DNA of 64,000 bases from NCBI GenBank assembly GCA_965199955.1, contig CBDATQ010000001.1, positions 288,001 through 352,000 of the forward strand. The letters run 5' to 3'. The translations under genes and the position numbers were made by a program. This DNA comes from Spirochaetia bacterium (lineage in GTDB: Bacteria; Spirochaetota; Spirochaetia; SZUA-6; Bin103). Below the pieces are notes generated by a model. It worked only from the letters and a program-made list of their open reading frames with translations. It was not told the DNA's origin and made no database searches. Shown here in pieces: positions 40,800-50,516 of the stretch (position 1 is the first letter of the stretch; each line of letters begins with the position of its first letter).

Positions 40800-41516
40800 A
40801 TGATCGGCGCCGTGGCCGCAGAGGCGGGTTCGCTCTTCGTCGTCGCCACACCGATCGGGAACCTGGAGGACATCACCCTGCGCGCGATGCGCGTGCTGGG
40901 CGAGCTGGACGCGCTGGCCTGCGAGGACACGCGGCGCACCCGCGCCATCTACGAGCACTACGATCTGCCGCGGCCGCGCATTATTTTCTCCTGCCACCGC
41001 CACAACGAAGCCGCTGCCGGGGCGCGCATCCTGGCGCTGCTCGCGCGCGGCGAGTCCGTGGGCCTGGTGTCCAGCGCCGGCTACCCGTGCATCAGCGATC
41101 CCGGCCACCTGGTCGTCCGGCAGGCGATCGAGGCCGGCCATTGCGTGGAGGTGATTCCGGGCGCCAGCGCCGTGCCCTGCGCGCTGATCGTCTCCGGCCT
41201 GCCGACCGGCTCCTACCTGTTCCTGGGCTTTCCGCCGCGCAAGGCGGGGCGGCTGCAGACGGCGCTGGCTGCGGCGGCGGACGGGGAGCATACGCTGGTG
41301 CTGTTCGAGGCACCCGGGCGGGTCGCGGCGCTGCTGCAGGCGGCGGCAGCCGCGCTCGGCGACCGCCGGGCCGCGGTCTGCATCGAGCTGACCAAGCGGT
41401 TCGAGCAGGTTCATCGCGGCTACCTGACGGACCTGATCGAGCGCGTCGACGGGATGGATCTGCGTGGGGAGGTGTGCGTTGTCATCGCCGGCAACGACCG
41501 GCGGCTCGTCCGCTGA
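40800..41516 (+). CDS. rsmI: 16S rRNA (cytidine1402-2'-O)-methyltransferase
   Basis: VATPIGNLEDITLRA, CEDTR, AGYPCISDPG, IPGASA, FEAPGR, ELTKRFE; alternative GTG start at 40812. Confidence 0.93.
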   Translation: MIGAVAAEAGSLFVVATPIGNLEDITLRAMRVLGELDALACEDTRRTRAIYEHYDLPRPRIIFSCHRHNEAAAGARILALLARGESVGLVSSAGYPCISDPGHLVVRQAIEAGHCVEVIPGASAVPCALIVSGLPTGSYLFLGFPPRKAGRLQTALAAAADGEHTLVLFEAPGRVAALLQAAAAALGDRRAAVCIELTKRFEQVHRGYLTDLIERVDGMDLRGEVCVVIAGNDRRLVR

Positions 41517-42531
41517 CGGGCTCCCCCGGCGGCTGGAAACCGCCCACGGAGCATTGCGGCTGCCGGCGTTCCTGCCCGACGCGACCCGCGGCGTGGTGCG
41601 CACGCTGGCGCCCGACGACCTGGAAGCCGCGGGGGTAACGGCGCTCATGGTCAACTGCCTGCACCTGGCGCGGGCGCCGGGGACGCAGACGATCGCCCGT
41701 GTCGGCGGACTGCACGCCTTCATGGGCTGGCGCGGCCCGCTGGCGGCCGACTCGGGCGGGTTCCAGGCGTTGTCCATGGCGGGCGTGCGAGTCACCGACC
41801 GGGGATTGAGCGTCACCGGCCGAGGGTCGGGCCGGCTGCACCTGACGCCGGAACGGGCGGTGCGCCGGCAGCTTCAGCTCGGCGTCGACATCGCCTTCTG
41901 CCTCGATCACTGTCCGCGGCCGGACGCCAACTACGCCGCGCACCGGCAGAGCGTGCGGCACACGGTACTCTGGTCCGCCGCGTGCCGGCGCGAGCTGGCG
42001 CGCGCCGCGGAGGCCGGGGCCGCCGTCCCCTTGCTGTTCGCGGTCGTGCAGGGCGGCCCGCACCGCGACCTGCGGGCCGGCTGCGTGGAGGAACTGCTGG
42101 CGCTCGGGTTCGACGGGCTGGGCTTCGGCGGCTGGCCGATCACGGACGGCCGGCTGGACGACATGGTGCGCGCGGTGGCCGAGCTGGCCCCCGCCGAGGT
42201 GCCGCTGCACGGCCTGGGGATCGGCAGCCTGGGCGCGCTGCGCGAAGCCGCGGCCGCCGGTTACCGGCTGTTCGACTGCGTGCTGCCGACGCGCGATGCC
42301 CGCCACGGCCGCCTGTACGACGACGGCGGCGGGTCGGTGTCGATCCGGGACGAGCGGTTCGCGCGGCGGCAGGAAGCGGCGGTGGAAGGCTGCGACTGCA
42401 CGGCGTGCCGGACGTATCCCGCCGCCTACCTGCACCACCTGTTTCGCATCGGCGACGCGCTCGGTCCCCGCCTCGCTTCCATCCACAACCTGCGGGTCTA
42501 CAGCCGCGTGGTCGGCGCCGTGGCGAAATGA
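41479..42531 (+). CDS. tgt: tRNA-guanine transglycosylase family protein (divergent)
   Basis: DSGGFQ, LDHC, VQGG, FDCVLPTRDARHG, CDCTAC...H zinc site; TTG start after GGAGG. Confidence 0.85.
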   Translation: MSSPATTGGSSADGLPRRLETAHGALRLPAFLPDATRGVVRTLAPDDLEAAGVTALMVNCLHLARAPGTQTIARVGGLHAFMGWRGPLAADSGGFQALSMAGVRVTDRGLSVTGRGSGRLHLTPERAVRRQLQLGVDIAFCLDHCPRPDANYAAHRQSVRHTVLWSAACRRELARAAEAGAAVPLLFAVVQGGPHRDLRAGCVEELLALGFDGLGFGGWPITDGRLDDMVRAVAELAPAEVPLHGLGIGSLGALREAAAAGYRLFDCVLPTRDARHGRLYDDGGGSVSIRDERFARRQEAAVEGCDCTACRTYPAAYLHHLFRIGDALGPRLASIHNLRVYSRVVGAVAK

Positions 42532-43367
42532 GCGGGGCGCATCCTTTCGCCGCGGAGCAGGAACTGCTCCGGGCGCTGCGGGCGACGCGCAAGTACGGAC
42601 GGGTGCAAGGAGAGGTGCTGGGCCGCGTGGCCCGCCGTTCGCTGGCCACCCACGGGCGCCGCGATGCCCTGAAGGCGGCCAAGCGTGCCCTGCACGAGCT
42701 TGCCGGCGCCTTCCTGGACGCGGACTCCTGCCGCCGCGCGGAGCGGCTGGTGCGGTCGATGGAGGACGCCGGCGCCGAGGAAGGTCGGCGGGTGTGCCGT
42801 GCCGTGCTGGGGCTGCACGCTTCCAGCGCCGAGCGGCTGCCGGTGATCGAGGAGCTGTACGAGCGCATCTGGCAGGCTGCCGCTGACGCTCGCGGCCTGC
42901 CGCGCGACACGCCGGTGCGGGTGCTCGACCTGGCATGCGGGCTCGGCCCGTTCGCGCTGCCGTGGATGGGGTTGGCGCCCGGCAGCAGCTACCGGGGCGT
43001 CGACGCGGACGGCCGTGTCGTCGACTTGGCGCGGGCGGCCCTGCCGCATCTGGAGGTGCACGCGTTGCGCGAGCCACCGGAGGTCGAGGTGGGCGACGTG
43101 CTGGAGCCTCCTGGGGCGCCGGGCGGGGACGACATGGTGCTGATGCTGAAGACCCTGCCGACCCTGGAGCGGCTGGAGCCGGGCGCGGGCGTCGACCTGG
43201 TGCGCCGCACCGCCGCGCCGGTGGTGGTGATCTCCACCGCGACCGGCAGCCTGGGAGGCCGGCGCCACCTGCGCCACGACGAGCTGATCGAGCGGACGCT
43301 GGCTGCCAGCGGCCGCCGCGCCGCTCGCTTCGAGATGGCGGGCGAGGCCGTGGCGGTGACGTGGTAG
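42528..43367 (+). CDS. 16S rRNA m7G1405 methyltransferase-like (FmrO/Sgm/ArmA/Rmt family)
   Basis: KAAKRALH, LHASSAERLP, VLDLACGLGPFALP, DMVLMLKTLPTLE, VVISTATGSLGGR. Confidence 0.8.
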   Translation: MSGAHPFAAEQELLRALRATRKYGRVQGEVLGRVARRSLATHGRRDALKAAKRALHELAGAFLDADSCRRAERLVRSMEDAGAEEGRRVCRAVLGLHASSAERLPVIEELYERIWQAAADARGLPRDTPVRVLDLACGLGPFALPWMGLAPGSSYRGVDADGRVVDLARAALPHLEVHALREPPEVEVGDVLEPPGAPGGDDMVLMLKTLPTLERLEPGAGVDLVRRTAAPVVVISTATGSLGGRRHLRHDELIERTLAASGRRAARFEMAGEAVAVTW

Positions 43368-43369
43368 CG

Positions 43370-44821
43370 CTACTTCCGCCAGAACGCGGGCGTGAGCAGC
43401 ACCACCACGCTGTAGAGCTCCAGCCGGCCGGTGAGCATGGCCAGGCAGAGGAACAGCTTCACGCCGACCGGATAGGCGGCGTAGCTCTCCGCCGGCCCGA
43501 TCGCCCCGAAGCCGGGGCCGATGTTGCCGACGGTGGACAGCGCGGTCGAGAACGACGACAGCAGGTCGGTGCCGGCTGCCGCGACCACCAGCATGGTGAC
43601 GATCAGGATCGCGATGTACAGAAAGAAGAAGGTGACGATCGGATGGATGATGTCCTTCTTCAGCGGGCGCGCCGTCACCCGGGTCAGGAACACGCCGCGC
43701 GGGTGAATGAGGTAGCGCAGCTCGTTGGCCGCCAGCTTGAAGAGGGTGATGATGCGCACCACCTTGATGCCGCCGGCGGTGGAGCCGGCACAGCCGCCCA
43801 CGAACATCAGCGCCATCAGCACCGCTTTCGCGAACTCCGGCCAGCCGCCGTAGTCCGCGGTGGTAAAGCCGGTGGTGGTCAGGATGGAGACCACCTGGAA
43901 GGAGCCGTACCGCAGGCTTTCGATGGCCGAGTCGTAGACGCGCCCGTACAGGGTCAGCGTCACGACCAGGACGGCTGCCGCGGCGATCGCCAGGTAGACG
44001 CGGAACTCCACGTTGGACACCAGCACGCGCAGGCCGCCGCGCCCGAGCCGGAAGTACAGGGAGAAGTTCACGCCGGCGGCCAGCATGAAGACGATGACCA
44101 CGAGGTCGACCCACCCGGACTGGAAGCTGCCGATGCTGTCGTTGCGGGGCGAGAACCCGCCGATCGCCACCGTGCTGAAGGTGTGCATCACGGCGTCCAG
44201 TGGCCGCATGCCCGCCAGCATCAGCAGGGCCACCTCCAGCGCGGACATGCCCACGTACATCAGCCACAGGATCTTGGCCGTCTGGGCGATGCGCGGCGTG
44301 AGCTTGTCGACGGTCGGACCCGGCGCCTCGCTGCGCAGCACCTTCAGCCCGCCGATCCCCATGCGCGGCAGGATCGCGACGGTGAGCACGACGATCCCCA
44401 TGCCGCCCAGCCACTGCATCAGCGAGCGCCAGAACAGGATGGAGCGCGGCAGCGCCTCGATGTCGGTCAGGATCGTCGCGCCGGTGGTGGTGAAGCCGGA
44501 CATCGCCTCGAAGAAGGCGTCGGCATAGTCGGGGATCGCGCCGGAGAGCACGAACGGCAGCGATCCCGACATCGACACGCTGATCCAGCTCAGCGTCACG
44601 AACAGGAACCCCTCGCGTGTCAGCAGCACTTCCCGCGCCACGTGCCGGAGGCCTGCCAGCAGGGTCGCCGAGAGCAGCCCGACGAACGCGGCCGGCACCA
44701 GGAAGGCGGCGACGTGCTCGGGCTCGCCGAGCGCCAGCGCGAGCAGCGCACAGCCGGCCATGCAGCCGACGATCACCAGTTGCAGCGCCGCGACCGTCTT
44801 GAGGATGGAGCGGACGTTCAA
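43370..44821 (-). CDS. trkH: Trk potassium uptake membrane subunit
   Basis: [45 protein letters not shown]. Confidence 0.95.
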   Translation of the reverse strand: MNVRSILKTVAALQLVIVGCMAGCALLALALGEPEHVAAFLVPAAFVGLLSATLLAGLRHVAREVLLTREGFLFVTLSWISVSMSGSLPFVLSGAIPDYADAFFEAMSGFTTTGATILTDIEALPRSILFWRSLMQWLGGMGIVVLTVAILPRMGIGGLKVLRSEAPGPTVDKLTPRIAQTAKILWLMYVGMSALEVALLMLAGMRPLDAVMHTFSTVAIGGFSPRNDSIGSFQSGWVDLVVIVFMLAAGVNFSLYFRLGRGGLRVLVSNVEFRVYLAIAAAAVLVVTLTLYGRVYDSAIESLRYGSFQVVSILTTTGFTTADYGGWPEFAKAVLMALMFVGGCAGSTAGGIKVVRIITLFKLAANELRYLIHPRGVFLTRVTARPLKKDIIHPIVTFFFLYIAILIVTMLVVAAAGTDLLSSFSTALSTVGNIGPGFGAIGPAESYAAYPVGVKLFLCLAMLTGRLELYSVVVLLTPAFWRK

Positions 44822-46215
44822 GAATCGAAGAGCTCTTCCACCCGGCCGATCGCGTCGGTGCGGGCGATGATGGTCAGCCGGTCGGCGTCCTGCACGACCA
44901 GGTCGCCGACCGGCAGCAGGGTCTCGCCGTCGCGGCGCACGGAGACGATCAGCGACTCTTCCGGCAGGTTCAGTTCCTGGATCCGCCGGCCGGCCATGCG
45001 GGACGCATCCTCGACGGTGCTCTCGATCACCTCGGCCTGGCCGCCGAACAGGCTGGCGACGCTGCGCACCCTCCCGCGGCGGACGATCCTGAGCACGGCG
45101 CTGACCACGCTGTTCTTGGGACTGATGATCACGTCCACGCCCAGGCGGTTGGCCAGCGTCAGGTAGTTGTACCGGTTCACCAGCGCGATCGAGCGCTTGA
45201 TGCCGTAGGTCTTGGCGTAGATCGCCGTCAGGATGTTGAGCTCCTGGTTGGCGGTGGTGGTGATGATCAGGTCATGGTCCTTGAGGGACTCCTCCTCGAA
45301 GAATCCCTCATCGGAGATGTCGCTGTTGATCACGATCGCGCCCGGAAAGCGGTCCGCCAGGGCCTTGCTCCTGGCCGTGTCGCTCTCGATGATCTTCAGC
45401 CGCCGCCTGCGCGCGAAGGCGCGCAGCAACCGCAGCCGCCCCCCTCGCTCGCGGCTTTCGATCAGAGACTCGGCGACGAAGCTGCCGACGCGTCCGCCGC
45501 CGACCAGGATGACCTGGCGCATCCGCAGCTTCGGCCGGCCGGCGCGGTCGAAGAGCTGGTCCAGCACCTCTTCGGACGCGCTGAGGTACAGCTCGTCCCC
45601 CTCGCGGACCCGCGTGTCGCCGCGCGGCAGGTAGAACCGTTCGCCGCGCAGCAGCCCGCACACCAGGAACTCCAGCGGCAGCTCGGCGCGCGCCTGCGCG
45701 ATGGTGCGGTCGCAGAAGGCGGAGTCGCCCATGATCGGCAGCACGCGCATCTCGATGTCGGTGTCCCCGAGGGTCACGACTTCGCTGGTGGCGCCGTGCT
45801 CGACGGTCTGCACGATGGCGCGCCCCGCCTCGATCTCGGGATTGACGATGTAGTCGATGTCCAGCATCGACCCGTCGAACAGGTGCGACCGGGCGTGGTA
45901 CTGCTGGTTGCGGACGCGCGCGATCTTGAAGGGGACGGAGAACTCGCGCGACGCCAGCCCGCAGGCCACCATGTTGAACTCGTCCGAATCGGTCAGGGCG
46001 ATGAAGAACTCCGCGTCCTGGATCCCCGCCCGGCGGAGCAGGCGCAGGTCGTTGCCGGCTCCGGTGATGACCATGCAGTCCAGGTGGTTGAGCGCGTACT
46101 TGGCGGTATCGGCGTTGCGCTCGACCAGGGTGACGTCCTGGTTGTCCGCGATGAGCTGCCTGGCGAGCTGGAAGCCGGTGCTGCCGGCCCCGACCACGAC
46201 GATCTTCCGCGGCAT
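44818..46215 (-). CDS. trkA: Trk potassium uptake NAD-binding subunit
   Basis: Two RCK_N (GAGSTG, GGGRVG) plus RCK_C domains; overlaps trkH. Confidence 0.94.
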   Translation of the reverse strand: MPRKIVVVGAGSTGFQLARQLIADNQDVTLVERNADTAKYALNHLDCMVITGAGNDLRLLRRAGIQDAEFFIALTDSDEFNMVACGLASREFSVPFKIARVRNQQYHARSHLFDGSMLDIDYIVNPEIEAGRAIVQTVEHGATSEVVTLGDTDIEMRVLPIMGDSAFCDRTIAQARAELPLEFLVCGLLRGERFYLPRGDTRVREGDELYLSASEEVLDQLFDRAGRPKLRMRQVILVGGGRVGSFVAESLIESRERGGRLRLLRAFARRRRLKIIESDTARSKALADRFPGAIVINSDISDEGFFEEESLKDHDLIITTTANQELNILTAIYAKTYGIKRSIALVNRYNYLTLANRLGVDVIISPKNSVVSAVLRIVRRGRVRSVASLFGGQAEVIESTVEDASRMAGRRIQELNLPEESLIVSVRRDGETLLPVGDLVVQDADRLTIIARTDAIGRVEELFDS

Positions 46216-46261
46216 CGTCCGGATGCTACCACCGACGGGAGGGCTTTATAATCGGCGGCAT

Positions 46262-47326
46262 ATGAGTCAGAAACCAAGCTACCGAATCGCCGTGTACCCC
46301 GGCGACGGCATCGGCCGGGAGGTCACGCCGCTGGCCTTCGACGTGCTGAATCAGGCCATTGACGGCCAGATCGAGCTCGACTGCACGGAGGTTCCGTGGG
46401 GGGTTGACTACTACCTGGAGCACGGTTCGCCCACCCCGCCGGACTACATCGACCAGCTCCGTCCCTTCGACGCCATCTACCTCGGCGCGGTGGGGGCACC
46501 GGGCCAGATGCCGGATCCGGTCTCGCTGGAGCCGCCGGTGCGGATCCGCCAGGCGTTCGACCAGTACGCCTGCTTGCGGCCGGCGCTGTTGCTGGACGGG
46601 GTGCAGAGCCCCCTCGCCGGCATGGAGCCGCGGGCGATCGACCTGCTGGTGGTGCGCGAGAACTCCGAGGGGGAGTACGTCAACCAGGGCGGGCGCTTCC
46701 GCCGCGGGGAGCCGGACGAGATCGCCGTGCAGTCGGCCATCCACACCCGCGCAGGCGTGACCCGCATCCTCCGCTTCGCGCTGGAGCAGGCGCGCGCCCG
46801 CCGCCGGCACCTCACCATGGTGACCAAGTCCAACGCCCAGAAGTACAGCTTCGTGCTGTGGGAGGAGGTGCTGGAGGAGCTCATCCCCGAGTACCCGGAC
46901 GTCCGCACCGACCGGCTGTACGTCGACGCCGCGGCGATGGACCTGGTGCGCCGCCCGCGCGACTTCGACGTGATCGTCTCCTCCAACCTGTTCGGGGACA
47001 TCCTGTCGGACCTTGCGGCGATGGTGGTCGGCGGCCTGGGCATGGCGCCGAGCGCCAACATCCGTCCCGACCGCGGCGCCCCGTCGATGTTCGAGCCCGT
47101 GCACGGCTCGGCGCCGGACATCGCCGGCAAGGGGATCGCCAATCCCACGGCCGCCATCCTGAGCGCGGCGATGATGATCGAGTGGCTCGGACACGCCGAG
47201 CCGGCCGAGCGCATGCGCGCCGCGTGCGAGCGGGCGCTGGCCGGCGGTGCCGGGACGCCGGACATCGGCGGCGCGCTGTCGAGCGAGCGGTTCGCGGAGC
47301 GGGTGACCGAGCGGCTGGCCGGCTGA
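46262..47326 (+). CDS. Tartrate/isopropylmalate-type beta-decarboxylating dehydrogenase
   Basis: PGDGIGREV, RENSEGEY, TKSNAQ, NLFGDILSDL, FEPVHGSAPDIAGKGIANP. Confidence 0.92.
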   Translation: MSQKPSYRIAVYPGDGIGREVTPLAFDVLNQAIDGQIELDCTEVPWGVDYYLEHGSPTPPDYIDQLRPFDAIYLGAVGAPGQMPDPVSLEPPVRIRQAFDQYACLRPALLLDGVQSPLAGMEPRAIDLLVVRENSEGEYVNQGGRFRRGEPDEIAVQSAIHTRAGVTRILRFALEQARARRRHLTMVTKSNAQKYSFVLWEEVLEELIPEYPDVRTDRLYVDAAAMDLVRRPRDFDVIVSSNLFGDILSDLAAMVVGGLGMAPSANIRPDRGAPSMFEPVHGSAPDIAGKGIANPTAAILSAAMMIEWLGHAEPAERMRAACERALAGGAGTPDIGGALSSERFAERVTERLAG

Positions 47327-47339
47327 GCGGGCAGCGCGC

Positions 47340-47882
47340 ATGGCCGGCGAGCTGGAGCGCCTGCGCGCCGAGCTGGCCGAAGCGCGCCGTCTGGCGCGGC
47401 TGGACCCGCTGACGCGGGCGTGGAGCCGGCGCGCCGCCGTCGAGTTGCTGCACGGCGAGTTGGAGCGCGCACGGCGGGAACGCAGCCGCGTGGCCGTGCT
47501 GTTCATCGACCTTGACCGCTTCAAGCGGATCAACGACCGCCACGGCCATGCCGCCGGCGACGCGGTGCTGTGCGAGGCGGCCGCGCGCATGCGCGCGGTG
47601 CTCCGGCCCTACGATGCGGTCTGCCGCTACGGCGGCGACGAGTTCGTGGTGGTCATCGCCGGAACGGGCGCGGAGCGCGGCGCGGCGCGGGCGGCCGCCG
47701 CCATCGCCTCCGGCCTGCGGGAGCGGCCGATCGCCACTCCGGCGGGTGAGGTGCGCGTGACCGCAAGCATCGGCGTGGCGGTTGCGTCCGCCGGCGCCCG
47801 CGACCCGGAACGCCTGATCGCCGACGCCGATCGCGCGATGTACGCTGCCAAGAGCGCCGGCGGCGATGCCGTACGGGGATGA
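47340..47882 (+). CDS. Stand-alone diguanylate cyclase (GGDEF)
   Basis: DPLT, DLDRFKRIND, GHAAGD, RPYD I-site, RYGGDEF, ADRAMYAAK. Confidence 0.92.
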   Translation: MAGELERLRAELAEARRLARLDPLTRAWSRRAAVELLHGELERARRERSRVAVLFIDLDRFKRINDRHGHAAGDAVLCEAAARMRAVLRPYDAVCRYGGDEFVVVIAGTGAERGAARAAAAIASGLRERPIATPAGEVRVTASIGVAVASAGARDPERLIADADRAMYAAKSAGGDAVRG

Positions 47883-47932
47883 CTCGCCCTCATGATGGAG
47901 GACGGTCGCGCGCCCGGCCGCAGGGCACCTGC

Positions 47933-49039
47933 TCAGCGCGCCAGCCAGGCGCTGAAGCGCTCGTTCATCTCGTCGCCGCGGTCGCTCCACCAGCGCCAGT
48001 CGTGGTGCAGCGCGCGCTCCATGTTGGCGGGCGCCGTCGGCAGGTGCGGCGCCATGTCCACTCCCGTCTCCTCGTGCTCGGTGGCCAGCGCGGCGCCGGA
48101 GCGGCGCACGGGTCCGTAGGAGATGTAGCGGCTCACCGCCGCCATCGACTCGGGTTTGCCGGCGAACGCGATGAACTGCCGTGCCTCTTCCAGGTTGGGG
48201 GCGCCGGCGACGATCACGAGCTGGCTGTTGTCCAGGATCTGCCCGTCCCAGACGATCACGAACGGCTGGTTCTCCCGCACCTGGGCGTTGAAGATGCGGC
48301 CGTTGTAGGCGGTGCTCATCACCACCTCGCCGTCGGCCAGCATCTGCGGCGGCTGTGCGCCGGCCTCCCACCACACGATCTGGTCCTTGATCGCGTCGAG
48401 CTTCCGGAACGCCCGATCCACGCCCTCCGGCGTGTCGAGCGTGGCGTACACCTCCTCCAGCGGCACGCCGTCGGCCAGTAGCGCCATCTCCAGGTTGTCG
48501 CTCGGCACGCGCCGCATGCCGCGCCGTCCCGGGAAGCGCTCCAGGTCGAAGAAGTCCTCGATCGTGGCCGGCCTGGCGTCCGGGAAGTGCTGCGGGTGGT
48601 AGGCGTAGATGGACGAGAAGAAGATGGTCCCCAACCCGCAGTCGGTGAGCGTCCCGGTGACGAAGTCCTCCTTCGCCGGCGTGCCGTCCGCCGCGGGCGG
48701 CAGGTCCTCGACGGCGATGAACTCCAGCAAACCCTCGTCACAGCCCAGTACGGCGTCGGCCACGTTCAGGTCGACCACGTCCCAGTGCACCTTCCCGGTC
48801 TCCACCTGCGCGCGGATCTGGGCGAGCCCGCCGTTGTAGTCCTCCAGCTTCACCTCGATCCCGGTGGCGGCCGTGAACGGTTCGTGATACGCCTGCTGGC
48901 TCGCACGGGCATACGACCCGCCGAAGGACACGACGGTCAGGGACTGCTCGGCCGCGGCCGGCAGGGCGGGTAGGAGAAGAGCGAGCAATGCCGTCCCCAC
49001 CGGGGAACGCTTCGCCGCCAGATTGGGAGTTCGCATCAT
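47933..49039 (-). CDS. ABC transporter substrate-binding protein (polyamine-type)
   Basis: Signal peptide; VVSFGGSY, DFFDLERFPGRRG, AYNGRI; no permease nearby. Confidence 0.88.
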   Translation of the reverse strand: MMRTPNLAAKRSPVGTALLALLLPALPAAAEQSLTVVSFGGSYARASQQAYHEPFTAATGIEVKLEDYNGGLAQIRAQVETGKVHWDVVDLNVADAVLGCDEGLLEFIAVEDLPPAADGTPAKEDFVTGTLTDCGLGTIFFSSIYAYHPQHFPDARPATIEDFFDLERFPGRRGMRRVPSDNLEMALLADGVPLEEVYATLDTPEGVDRAFRKLDAIKDQIVWWEAGAQPPQMLADGEVVMSTAYNGRIFNAQVRENQPFVIVWDGQILDNSQLVIVAGAPNLEEARQFIAFAGKPESMAAVSRYISYGPVRRSGAALATEHEETGVDMAPHLPTAPANMERALHHDWRWWSDRGDEMNERFSAWLAR

Positions 49040-49132
49040 GCCATCATCGCGTTGCCATGCTCGAAGTTCAAGTAACGGGGTGTGAGGAACGCCGAAACCG
49101 GCAGCCATCGATCTCGAGATCGATTCAGGTTT

Positions 49133-50395
49133 TCAATGCGCCAGATAGGCGATGGTGAGCGGACCCTGCGGGAGCACGCAGAGCCGGTCGGGATCGAGGT
49201 CCGCCAGCGTGGCCTCGACATCGCGGGTGGGGATGAGCAGAGCACCGCGAATCTCGTCGTCGCCGAGGCCGTCGCTGTAGACGTAGACATCCGCGTGGCG
49301 TTGGATCTGCGCCTGGATCTGCACCTGCCACTGGTCCTGGGCGGAGAAGCCGGGCCGGCGGAGCATCTCCATGATCGCGTCCGGCGAGCCGGCCTCGGCC
49401 AGCAGCTCGGCGTAGCGGCCGTGGCTCGGCAACCCGTCCGAGCATGCGGCCGCCATGATGATGGCGCCGCCCGACCGCACGATGCCGCGCGCCGCCTGCA
49501 TGCCCTTCACGGTCTGGTACAGGTTCTGGTCGAGCGGGTAGCCGCTGTTGGTGGTGACCACCGCGTCGAACGGTTCGTCCACGGCCACCATGGCGCTCCG
49601 GCGCACGAAGTCGCAGCCGCGCCGGTGGGCGGCCACCACGTCGCCGGCGAACACGCCGGTGATCCGGCCCTCCGTGTTGAGGGTGACGTTGAGCAGGAAC
49701 AGCGGCTCGACGAGCGCCGCCGCCTCCCGCATCTCCTCCCATATCGGGTTGCCGTCGGTGATCCCCCAGGTGGCGCGCGGGTCTCCGATCATGGCGTAGC
49801 CGTGGTTGGTGAGCACGCTCTCGCTGCCGGCCAGCGCCGGCAGGGCGCCCTTGGGGCCGCCGGAAAAGCCGGCGAAGAAGTGCGGCTCGATGAAGCCGGT
49901 GAAGATCACCAGGTCGGCCTCCATCACCGTGCGGTTCAGGCGGATGGCGTTGCCGCGGCCCGTGGCGCCGGCGGCGACCAGCTCCGCGTCGTCCCAGGCG
50001 TCGTGCTGCCGGCAGCGGTAGCGGTCGACGACCCCGTCGCCGAGCATCTGCCGCAGCTCCGCCTCCGTCTGCGGGCGGTGCGTGCCCAGGGCGTTGATCA
50101 GGGTGATGTCGCCGCGCGCCACCCCGGCGGCTTCCAGCGCCCGCAGCAGCACTGGCAGGATGCGGTCGTTGGGCGTGGCGCGGGTGATGTCCGAATGGGT
50201 CACCACCACCCGCCGCTTGCCCGCCGCCAGTTCGGCCAGGGGCGGCGAGCCGGTGGGCGAGGCCAGCGCAGCGTCGATCGCCGCCGCCTCGTCGGCCACC
50301 CCGTCCACGTGACGGGGCAGCACCACCTGCGCGCAGGCCGGCACCTCGATGGCGAGCCCGTTGCGGCCGTACGCCAGATCGACCCGTTTCTTCAA
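49133..50395 (-). CDS. larA: Nickel-dependent lactate racemase family protein
   Basis: SDITRATPN, ALGTHR, EPHFFAGFSGGPK, GYPLDQNLYQTVKG, LPQGP. Confidence 0.9.
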   Translation of the reverse strand: MKKRVDLAYGRNGLAIEVPACAQVVLPRHVDGVADEAAAIDAALASPTGSPPLAELAAGKRRVVVTHSDITRATPNDRILPVLLRALEAAGVARGDITLINALGTHRPQTEAELRQMLGDGVVDRYRCRQHDAWDDAELVAAGATGRGNAIRLNRTVMEADLVIFTGFIEPHFFAGFSGGPKGALPALAGSESVLTNHGYAMIGDPRATWGITDGNPIWEEMREAAALVEPLFLLNVTLNTEGRITGVFAGDVVAAHRRGCDFVRRSAMVAVDEPFDAVVTTNSGYPLDQNLYQTVKGMQAARGIVRSGGAIIMAAACSDGLPSHGRYAELLAEAGSPDAIMEMLRRPGFSAQDQWQVQIQAQIQRHADVYVYSDGLGDDEIRGALLIPTRDVEATLADLDPDRLCVLPQGPLTIAYLAH

Positions 50396-50516
50396 CGCCG
50401 GAATCGTACCATCCGCGGCGACGGCGGACACGTGGAGGTGGGTGCGGTCGTCAGTGATAGCCGATGCATGACGGAATGGCGTGAGGATATGGCATGTAGG
50501 GTATGGTACGGATGAG

